This document shows positions 50,182 through 58,431 of a stretch of 64,000 nt of DNA, in pieces. The stretch's first letter is position 1. Each line of letters opens with the position of its first letter. Below the pieces are notes generated by a model. That model searched no databases, was not told the DNA's origin, and saw only the letters and a program-made list of their open reading frames with translations. Source of the DNA: an uncultured Nitrospiraceae bacterium (GTDB taxonomy: Bacteria; Nitrospirota; Thermodesulfovibrionia; Thermodesulfovibrionales; Dissulfurispiraceae); NCBI GenBank assembly GCA_963705105.1, contig CAVPIW010000006.1, positions 320,001 to 384,000 on the forward strand, written 5' to 3'. Made by a program: the position numbers and the translations under genes.

Positions 50182-50784
50182 ATGAATTCTGAAGGCATTT
50201 ATCACATTGACGACGGAAAAGACCTTTTCACCTTCAGGACAAGCTCCTTCACTGTCGACAGGGGCAGTATCCTGCACAGCGGCATCTTTAACAGGGAACT
50301 CGCCTCAAGCCTCGCCGCAGGCGCCCTGATAATGCTGGCGGGGTTTTTTTTTGTCGACAGGGTCACGACGACCCGTGCTTTCATAGCCCTGCTACTCTTC
50401 ATTTTTCTTTTTCTCTCCTTCCGGACCCTTGTTTTCCGGGAACCTGTCCTTGAGCTGACCTTCGACAGGCAGAAAAGGCGCATCGGTCTGTCCGTCAGGA
50501 AGAGTCTGGGGACCCGGCAGATGCAGATCTCTTCCACCGATGTGGCCGGCGTCCGCATCGGCGAAAACACCTTTGATCCCGAGAACATCGACGGTGTCAA
50601 AGTGGTCGAAAAGATCGCCCTGCAGCATCACACGGTCATGCCCGGATTGGGGGAACGGCGGACCCTTTATGCGGTCGAGCTTGTTCTACTAAGCGGTAAT
50701 TGCCATGTGGTTTTCTCGACCGAGGCGGCCGATCATGCCCGGGACGTTGCGGACAAACTGAACCATGCGATAGAGAGGTGCTGA
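50182..50784 (+). CDS. Hypothetical membrane protein (two TM helices)
   Basis: 200-aa ORF; stop overlaps the carB ATG (TGATG). Confidence 0.7.
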   Translation: MNSEGIYHIDDGKDLFTFRTSSFTVDRGSILHSGIFNRELASSLAAGALIMLAGFFFVDRVTTTRAFIALLLFIFLFLSFRTLVFREPVLELTFDRQKRRIGLSVRKSLGTRQMQISSTDVAGVRIGENTFDPENIDGVKVVEKIALQHHTVMPGLGERRTLYAVELVLLSGNCHVVFSTEAADHARDVADKLNHAIERC

Positions 50785-53700
50785 TGCCCAAGAGAAACGA
50801 CATCCGGAAGATTCTCCTCATCGGTTCCGGACCCATTGTGATCGGTCAGGCCTGCGAGTTCGACTACTCGGGGACTCAGGCCTGCAAGGCCCTCCGCGAA
50901 GAGGGATACAAGGTCGTCCTGGTGAACTCCAACCCCGCCACCATCATGACCGATCCCGAGACTGCCGACGTCACCTACATCGAACCCCTTTCGGCGGAGA
51001 TAATCGGGCTCATCATCAAACGGGAAAGGCCTGAGGCCCTCCTGCCGACCATGGGCGGTCAGACGGCGCTCAACCTTGCCGTTGAGCTGGCGGAATCGGG
51101 ATTTCTCGAGGAGCACAACGTCGAACTCATCGGGGCGAAGCTCCCTGCCATCAAGAAGGCCGAGGACAGGGAGCTCTTCAAGGAGGCGATGCGGAGGATC
51201 GGTCTGGAAGTCCCGAAGAGCGCGGCGGTGACGACGCTGAAAGAGGGCATGGACTGTATCGACGAGATCGGTTTTCCCGCTATCCTGAGACCCGCCTTCA
51301 CCCTTGGAGGCACGGGCGGAGGCATCGCCTACAACATCGAGGAATACCGTGACTTTCTCGAAAGAGGTTTGAAACTCAGTCCCGTCCGCCAGATTCTTGT
51401 CGAGGAGTCCGTTCTGGGCTGGAAGGAATACGAGCTTGAGGTCATGCGGGACAGGAAAGACAATGTGGTGATCATCTGTTCCATCGAAAACTTCGATCCC
51501 ATGGGAGTCCATACGGGTGACTCAATTACCGTTGCACCGGCCCAGACACTGACCGATAAGGAGTACCAGCGGATGCGCGATGCAGCGATCGCCGTCATAC
51601 GAGAAATCGGCGTCGATACGGGAGGGTCCAATATCCAGTTCGCCGTCCATCCCGGGACGGGACGAATGACCGTCATCGAGATGAACCCGAGGGTCTCCCG
51701 GAGTTCGGCCCTTGCAAGCAAGGCAACGGGCTTTCCCATCGCAAAACTCGCAGCAAAGCTCGCCGTCGGCTATAGCCTCGACGAGATCCGCAATGACATC
51801 ACCAGGGAGACGCCTGCCTCCTTCGAACCCGCCATCGATTACGTCGTTACCAAGGTCCCCCGGTTCACCTTCGAGAAGTTCCCCGAGGCGGACGGGACGC
51901 TGACGACGCAGATGAAGTCCGTCGGAGAGGTGATGTCCATCGGCAGGACATTCAAGGAATCACTCCAGAAGTCTCTCAGGAGCCTTGAGATCGGCTCGGC
52001 GGGACTTGAGCCGGTGGAGGCGACAGTCTATGACATCAGGGCGAAGCTGAAGACGCCGAATGCAGAACGGCTCTGGTACATCGCCGAGGCATTCAGAAGA
52101 GGCGTCAGTCTTGAAGAGATCGGTGAGCTGACGATGATCGATCCGTGGTTTTTGCGGCATCTGCGCCGGATCATCGATCTGGAAATACAGGTTTCGGATC
52201 GGGGGAGAGAGATCCTTGACGATGCGCAAGCGTTGAGGGAACTGAAGGAATACGGCTTTTCGGACAGGAGGATCGCCGAACTGAGCGGCCACAGCGAGGA
52301 CGCGATCCGCCACAGGCGGAGAGAGGAGGGCATCCGCCCGGTCTACAAACTGGTCGACACCTGTGCGGCTGAGTTCGAGGCATACACTCCCTACCTGTAC
52401 TCGACCTACGAAAAGCCTTTCTACCGGATAGCCGGTGACGGTGACACGCCGGGAGCCACGGCAGAGGCCGTCGTCCCGAAAACTGCCTGCGACGCAAACC
52501 CGACGGACAGGAAGAAGATCGTCATCCTCGGGTCGGGGCCCAACAGGATCGGGCAGGGCATCGAGTTTGACTACTGTTGCGTCCAGGCCGTCTTCGCCCT
52601 CAGGGAACTGGGGTACGAGACCATCATGATCAACTGCAACCCTGAGACGGTCAGCACCGACTATGATACGGCTGACCGTCTCTATTTCGAACCCCTGACA
52701 ATCGAGGATGTCCTGAACATCATCGATCTCGAGAAGCCCGAGGGCGTCATCGTTCAGTTCGGGGGGCAGACCCCCCTGAAACTCGCTGTCCCCCTCGAAC
52801 GGGAAGGGGTGAAGATTCTCGGCACATCTCCCGATTCCATCGATCGAGCCGAGGACAGGAGACGTTTCAAGGAGCTGCTCCACAATCTCGGTCTCAGGCA
52901 GCCTGAGAGCGACACGGCCCTGTCCGTCGACGACGCGGTTCGGGCTGCGGCCGTCATCGGATATCCCGTCATGGTGAGGCCATCCTATGTCCTCGGCGGA
53001 CGGGCGATGGAGATCGTCTATGACGAGACGTCGATGAAAGATTACATGAGGAGGGCCGTCAAGGCATCACCTGAGCATCCCATCCTCGTCGACAAGTATC
53101 TTGAAGACGCCATAGAGGTTGACGTCGACGCACTCTCGGACGGCACGGACGTCGTCATCGGCGGTGTCATGGAGCACATAGAGGAGGCGGGTATCCATTC
53201 GGGCGATTCGGCCTGTTCCCTTCCTCCCTACTCGCTCCCGGCGGGCATTGTTGAGACGATCAAGGGCCAGGCGAAGGCCCTCGCCCGGGAGCTCGATGTG
53301 CGGGGCCTCATGAATGTGCAGTTCGCCGTCAAGGACAACGAGATATTCATCCTTGAGGTGAACCCCCGTGCATCCAGGACGATACCGTATGTCAGCAAGG
53401 CGACAGGTGTCTCCCTCGCACGCCTGGCGGCGAAGGTTATAGTCGGGAGGACTCTCAGGGACCTCGGGATTACGGAAGAAAAGAAGATATCCCACGTCGC
53501 CGTCAAGGAGGCCGTTTTCCCCTTTGACCGTTTTCCCGGCGTCGATACGATCCTCGGCCCGGAAATGAAGTCGACGGGCGAAGTCATGGGCATCGACGAG
53601 GATTTCGGCAGGGCTTACGCCAAGGCCCAGGCCGCGAGCAACAACAGCATCCCCACGTCAGGAACGATTTTCGTCAGCGTCAAGGACCGGGACAAGCATC

Positions 53701-54065
53701 AGACCGTGGACATCGCCCGGGGGCTCGCGCGACTCGGCTTCAGCCTCGTCGCGACCTGGGGGACGGCGAGATACCTTGCCGGGCAAGGCATCGCCGTGAA
53801 AGGCATTAACAAGGTCGCCGAGGGCAGACCCCATGTCGTCGACCTCATCAAGAACAGGGAGGTCCATTTCATCATCAACACCGTCTCGGGTGCGCAGGCG
53901 CAGAAGGACTCCTTGTCGATCAGGAGAAACGCCCTCCAGTTCAAGATCCCTTACACGACGACTATTTCCGGGGCACGGGCTATCGTGACGGCGATGGAGA
54001 TGCTTGCGAAAAAAGAGTTGAGCATCCGGTCCATCCAGGAATACAATAGAGGCATCCACTACTAA
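50784..54065 (+). CDS. carB: Carbamoyl-phosphate synthase large subunit
   Basis: [50 protein letters not shown] domain. Confidence 0.99.
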   Translation: MPKRNDIRKILLIGSGPIVIGQACEFDYSGTQACKALREEGYKVVLVNSNPATIMTDPETADVTYIEPLSAEIIGLIIKRERPEALLPTMGGQTALNLAVELAESGFLEEHNVELIGAKLPAIKKAEDRELFKEAMRRIGLEVPKSAAVTTLKEGMDCIDEIGFPAILRPAFTLGGTGGGIAYNIEEYRDFLERGLKLSPVRQILVEESVLGWKEYELEVMRDRKDNVVIICSIENFDPMGVHTGDSITVAPAQTLTDKEYQRMRDAAIAVIREIGVDTGGSNIQFAVHPGTGRMTVIEMNPRVSRSSALASKATGFPIAKLAAKLAVGYSLDEIRNDITRETPASFEPAIDYVVTKVPRFTFEKFPEADGTLTTQMKSVGEVMSIGRTFKESLQKSLRSLEIGSAGLEPVEATVYDIRAKLKTPNAERLWYIAEAFRRGVSLEEIGELTMIDPWFLRHLRRIIDLEIQVSDRGREILDDAQALRELKEYGFSDRRIAELSGHSEDAIRHRRREEGIRPVYKLVDTCAAEFEAYTPYLYSTYEKPFYRIAGDGDTPGATAEAVVPKTACDANPTDRKKIVILGSGPNRIGQGIEFDYCCVQAVFALRELGYETIMINCNPETVSTDYDTADRLYFEPLTIEDVLNIIDLEKPEGVIVQFGGQTPLKLAVPLEREGVKILGTSPDSIDRAEDRRRFKELLHNLGLRQPESDTALSVDDAVRAAAVIGYPVMVRPSYVLGGRAMEIVYDETSMKDYMRRAVKASPEHPILVDKYLEDAIEVDVDALSDGTDVVIGGVMEHIEEAGIHSGDSACSLPPYSLPAGIVETIKGQAKALARELDVRGLMNVQFAVKDNEIFILEVNPRASRTIPYVSKATGVSLARLAAKVIVGRTLRDLGITEEKKISHVAVKEAVFPFDRFPGVDTILGPEMKSTGEVMGIDEDFGRAYAKAQAASNNSIPTSGTIFVSVKDRDKHQTVDIARGLARLGFSLVATWGTARYLAGQGIAVKGINKVAEGRPHVVDLIKNREVHFIINTVSGAQAQKDSLSIRRNALQFKIPYTTTISGARAIVTAMEMLAKKELSIRSIQEYNRGIHY

Positions 54066-54087
54066 GTTCTACGCACAGGAGGGATTC

Positions 54088-55302
54088 ATGGCATCGATCA
54101 AGAGAATCGGAATCATCACGAGCGGCGGTGATTGCGGTGGTCTCAACGCCGTCATCAAGGGCGTTTCCCGTGAAGCCTACTCGCTGGGCATCGAGACGGT
54201 CGTCATCCCGAACGGGTATGCCGGCCTTTACAATCTTCTGGACCTCGACGAGGTTGTTTTCCTGAATGCGGAGAGGGTGAGCCGCATCGAGGCGTCCCTT
54301 GCCGGATCCGAGGCGGGCCATTCACGGGTGAAAATCAGCAGGATCAAGGATCCCCAGAAGTACGAGAAGATCAAAAAGGGCCTCAGGAAGTTCGGCATCG
54401 AGGCTCTGATCATCAGCGGCGGCGATGATACGGGAAGCGTCGTCGTTGACCTCTCGGGGCAGGGGATCCCCTGTATCCATGTCCCCAAGACCATGGACCT
54501 CGACCTGCAGTCCTACAGCGTCGGCGGCGATTCCGCAGTCAACAGGATAGCCGTCTTCACGAGGGACCTCAAAACGACGGGACTGAGCCATAACAGGATC
54601 ATCGTCATCGAGATCTTCGGCAGATATTCAGGCCACACGGCGCTCCGGGGAGGAGTGGGGGCCGAGGCTGACTGCATCCTGATCCCCGAGATTCCCGTCG
54701 ATTTTGAAATCGTCTATAATCATCTGAAGACGACCTACTTCGGCAGGGTCCTGAGGAGTGACGTCAAATCCGGCACATATATGATCGTCGTCGCCGAGGG
54801 GATCAGGAATGCCAGCGGTGAGATGCTCTACGACGAGTCGGCCGGCGTCGATGCCTTCGGCCACAAAAAGCTCACCGGCGCGGGGAAATATGTCCGGCAA
54901 CAGCTCGAAAAGCGCCTCAGGAAAGACCCCGGCGTGAAGGATTTCATGAAGGAAACGGGTATGTTCGCCCCCGGTGTCTACGAGGCACCGGAGGTGAGGG
55001 AGGTCGTGCCGGGCCATCTCGTGCGGTGCGGTGACTCGTCGGCCTTTGACGTCAACTTCGGCTATAAGGCGGGGGCGGCTGCTGTCCTCCTTCTTCTGGA
55101 CGGCATAACGGGCAACACCGTGGTGGACGTTGACGGGCAGGTGATCCATTATCAGTCAACGGCGGACCTCATTAAGCGGCGCGAAGTCGATATCAGCGAG
55201 ATCGCCCTGTTCGAGAGTCTCGGGACCTGTTTCGGCAGAAAGCCCGAAAAATATGTCTATCATTTTGAGGAGTTGAAGGGGCACGTCCCGAGGCATCTCT
55301 AA
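54088..55302 (+). CDS. 6-phosphofructokinase (PPi-type signature)
   Basis: TSGGDCGGLN, SGGDDT, PKTMDLD, EIFGR, GHLVR. Confidence 0.88.
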   Translation: MASIKRIGIITSGGDCGGLNAVIKGVSREAYSLGIETVVIPNGYAGLYNLLDLDEVVFLNAERVSRIEASLAGSEAGHSRVKISRIKDPQKYEKIKKGLRKFGIEALIISGGDDTGSVVVDLSGQGIPCIHVPKTMDLDLQSYSVGGDSAVNRIAVFTRDLKTTGLSHNRIIVIEIFGRYSGHTALRGGVGAEADCILIPEIPVDFEIVYNHLKTTYFGRVLRSDVKSGTYMIVVAEGIRNASGEMLYDESAGVDAFGHKKLTGAGKYVRQQLEKRLRKDPGVKDFMKETGMFAPGVYEAPEVREVVPGHLVRCGDSSAFDVNFGYKAGAAAVLLLLDGITGNTVVDVDGQVIHYQSTADLIKRREVDISEIALFESLGTCFGRKPEKYVYHFEELKGHVPRHL

Positions 55303-55378
55303 GCCCCGGAACGCAGAGACGGACTGGAGGGAGCGCTGTCGTCGTTCCCTCTTGCTGCGACGTAATCTTAGAGGCGAG

Positions 55379-56113
55379 TCATATGATATGCCTGCCGCTT
55401 TCCACGGCCACGCAACTACCGTGGACCTCGGTCCGGCAGAGTTCGTTCCAGCGGTGAGTCTCGTCTGCACGGATCGGCCGTCTTGTCAGGAGCATATTCG
55501 TCAGACTTGCGACAAAGGTGCAGGGATCGGGCGGACAACCCGGTACATGGACGACAGGCTTTTCGGGCGGACATTCCGCATGATCGCCGACGCCCTGCGC
55601 ACAGCAGAGGCTTGCAATATGCGATCCTTTGCGGCTGCAGTCGCCGAGGAGGATTGTCCCGATCGAACGGGAACAGACCTCTTCGATGGTCTGAAGTGCC
55701 GCGTTTCCCGCCATTGTATTCCGCACGGCCGAATGATTGGACGGCAACGATCCCTCGATGACACAGATATACTCACTCGTTCCGATGCGCGATCTTATCT
55801 TCCCGATCTCCCTGAGCTGCCTCGACGGCGACAGGACGATCGAATCGAGTTCGACCGCTATGGTGTTGAGAAGAATCGCATCGATCCAGGGATTGGAATC
55901 GTTGAGAAACGCTTCGGTGCAGCCGATGCAGGGAGCGTAATGAAACCATACGAGCTTGGGCATTTTCTCATTGGTGAGCACATCAGCAACGTCGGCGAGG
56001 GAGGACTCGCCAAGGCCGAGAATCGATGCGACGTGGCCGCAGAATTTATAGAAATCGCGTCTGCCGAGGCTGAGGAGATCGAGACGGTGTGTAAGACCTT
56101 TTTCGCGCGACAT
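55379..56113 (-). CDS. C-terminally truncated [NiFe]-hydrogenase small-subunit homologue
   Basis: AGGAGG RBS; Tat-like RRDFYKFC; CIGCTEAF, VIEGSLP, LGDC, VPGCPP; ends shortly after HGSC. Confidence 0.75.
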   Translation of the reverse strand: MSREKGLTHRLDLLSLGRRDFYKFCGHVASILGLGESSLADVADVLTNEKMPKLVWFHYAPCIGCTEAFLNDSNPWIDAILLNTIAVELDSIVLSPSRQLREIGKIRSRIGTSEYICVIEGSLPSNHSAVRNTMAGNAALQTIEEVCSRSIGTILLGDCSRKGSHIASLCCAQGVGDHAECPPEKPVVHVPGCPPDPCTFVASLTNMLLTRRPIRADETHRWNELCRTEVHGSCVAVESGRHII

Positions 56114-56213
56114 GGCATCCTCCTGAAAGGTTGCAGATCTGATTTTCATTACCTTTGCTCCTGCCGGGCAGCATACCAGCATCGTTTTTCCAAGCTCTCT
56201 CTTGCGTAACGTT

Positions 56214-56252
56214 CATGCGGGGAGGGGAGGTCTCACGGCCCCTCCCCGCATG
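56214..56252. other. Perfect 14-bp stem-loop in intergenic DNA
   Basis: CATGCGGGGAGGGG / CCCCTCCCCGCATG, 11-nt loop. Confidence 0.6.
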
Positions 56253-56942
56253 GGAGGAGAGAGTGTCAAGCTTCACATGCTTCGTTATCGTCAGTCTGCA
56301 AATAATCTTTAGCAAAAGTGATACCACAGGAGTCGTCAGATCCCGGCCGCAAGGCCTCTCGTCATCTTCGCCCTGCCTTTTCCGGAGGTTTTTTTGCATC
56401 GCTCAGGGTAAATCATAATTTTCTATAATGACGTTTCATGCAAGTTCAAGGTTTATTGCGAAGAAAGCGGGCAATGTCATCGTTTCACACAAAAGGACCA
56501 TTTCAGGATATGCTCCTCAAAATGTCCACTGCCGGGGCAGAAGGAACAATACTGTATGACACATGTGTCAACGGGGCAATTGTCGATGACACATCATTGT
56601 CAAAATTGCCGAAGACGTGCAAACTGCGAGCATAATAGCATAGATAATTGCATGTATTGTCATACAGGGAGTGTATGGAAATACATTCTCATGCCATTCA
56701 GGGATAGAATGAGAAAAATTCGACGTCATTCCCCCCTTAGAAAGAGGATTTTGCCGTCCTCATTGGATTATTGGTCGGTGCCTTTGCGAGATCCGCTCGC
56801 GCCGCGAGCCATGGAAGCTCAGAAGCAAGAAGCAAAACTTTTCGGCATCCTTCTTTCTCATGGTATATGCAACGTTGCGAAATAGTTTGTATAATGAACA
56901 TAGGGCGATTGAAATTATATGGAGCATTTTAAGGGAGGTAAC

Positions 56943-57407
56943 ATGAAGACTGTAACGGTTGAATGGTTCTATCTGAACAAGGACGGCAAGACCTGTAGCC
57001 GCTGCGCGGCGAGCGCCGACGTCGTCAGAAAAGTCGTAAAGAAGATGACGACACCCCTGAAAAACTCGAATGTCGAGCTCAATCTGAGAGAAATCCCCCT
57101 TCCCGAGGACAAGATCGCCGACACGAACGCCGTAAAGATCAACGGCACCGATGTCATGGATATCCTCGGTGAGAAGATCCCGTCCCTGACGGACTGCCCC
57201 TCCTGTTCTGAACTCATCGGAAAGAAGGCGAGCTGCAGGACTTTCCTCTACAAGGGACAGCAGTATGACGTGCTGCCTGAACTCATGCTGGAAGAGGCCA
57301 TCCTCGCCGAGCTCGCCTCTCCGTCGGCGAAGGCGAAGGCAGAGGCGGTCTCGCAGGTCATCTGCAGCTGCCAGGAGGAGTGCTCGGGAACACATCCCGT
57401 CCAATAG
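56943..57407 (+). CDS. DUF2703-like Cys-rich protein
   Basis: GGGAGG RBS; VEW...KTCSRC, N.VKING, CPSC...CRT. Confidence 0.7.
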   Translation: MKTVTVEWFYLNKDGKTCSRCAASADVVRKVVKKMTTPLKNSNVELNLREIPLPEDKIADTNAVKINGTDVMDILGEKIPSLTDCPSCSELIGKKASCRTFLYKGQQYDVLPELMLEEAILAELASPSAKAKAEAVSQVICSCQEECSGTHPVQ

Positions 57408-57485
57408 CACTGTCTGCGGGAGCGGATGCAGGAGGGAGGCGGGCATGGCCCGTCCTTTCTTCCGTCCTGCTCCGGCGATCACTTT

Positions 57486-57687
57486 ATCTTATCGATGCAT
57501 ACCCTCTCCGGAAAGGCGGGGTTGGGGTGAATGCGCAGAAAACCTTGATGCGGCGACACCTTAATCGTCCGAAAGACGAAGTTTCAACGCGATGGTCGAA
57601 AAAGTGAGTTTTTTTACTGACACTGACACTCACACTGACACTGTTTTTCAGAGCGTTTCGCCCCGCCGTTCAATGCAACTATAGGGT
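57486..57687 (+). repeat. Long-hairpin repeat family A, subtype II
   Basis: 57550-57667 matches 16411-16527 except one extra T in a T-run. Confidence 0.92.
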
Positions 57688-57741
57688 AAACATCGATCTT
57701 CCAGGACTCAAGGATGACCGACTTGAAATGAGATGCGCTCA

Positions 57742-58365
57742 TCATGGTTCGCTCAGAGATGCATTCAGTATGTATGAAGCGCCCCTGTAAAAATCATCCC
57801 CGGCCGAACCGATCACCTTTTCGACAAAAAGGGGAACCCACAGAACCATGTGTTTCCTTATGAAATCGCCCCTGATCTCAAAGAGCCGGGATGCCTCCTC
57901 CTGCTGTCCCTCTTCGAAAAGCCGTATCGTCCTCCCCGTAAGATCGCAGACGAATTCAAGCTCTATCCCGATATGGTCGTCAGGAATACTGTATAAGTTC
58001 CTGACCGCCATCCCTGCTTCGAGATACCTTTTTCGCACAGTTACAGTCTCATCCGTCATGAGTGTGCGGGATTCGGAAAGATAGAACGATGAGTAAGGCA
58101 CTGCCGGGGGATTTTTCGGTCCGACAAACAATCGCGCAAATTCAACGGCAAGCTCCTCCGTCCACGCAATCAGCCGCTCTTTGTTTCTGCGTGCGGAATC
58201 GATCATCAATTTCAGGCCGCGGGATATCTCGTCGTCGGCTTCCGGGGGCAGTTCCACTTCGGTGAGGCCTTCGATAATCTCCCGCGACGGTTCCTGTAAA
58301 AAAACCTGCCTTAAAAGATTAAACAAGATGAATTCTTCCTTCAGTTCGTCTATCATGACCGCCAT
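57742..58365 (-). CDS. TorD/DmsD-family molybdoenzyme chaperone
   Basis: EFARLFVGP, PYSSFY, PDDHIGIELEF, HMVLW, FY. Confidence 0.92.
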   Translation of the reverse strand: MAVMIDELKEEFILFNLLRQVFLQEPSREIIEGLTEVELPPEADDEISRGLKLMIDSARRNKERLIAWTEELAVEFARLFVGPKNPPAVPYSSFYLSESRTLMTDETVTVRKRYLEAGMAVRNLYSIPDDHIGIELEFVCDLTGRTIRLFEEGQQEEASRLFEIRGDFIRKHMVLWVPLFVEKVIGSAGDDFYRGASYILNASLSEP

Positions 58366-58431
58366 TCCATGAGGCTGAGGGCCAGGGCCTCTGTGTGCCC
58401 CGACCCTCTCTTCATTGCGGGAGCGACTGAT

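Noticed and set aside
56843..56858. Sigma54 promoter CGGCATCCTTCTTTCT before DUF2703
   Set aside because: The -12 element is TC, not GC; insufficient support.
4124..57687. Family A repeats as a CRISPR array or integron attC sites
   Set aside because: Copies are dispersed, about 200 bp long, in both orientations, and flank housekeeping genes. There is no repeat-spacer periodicity, no cas or intI gene, and no RYYYAAC/GTTRRRY ends.
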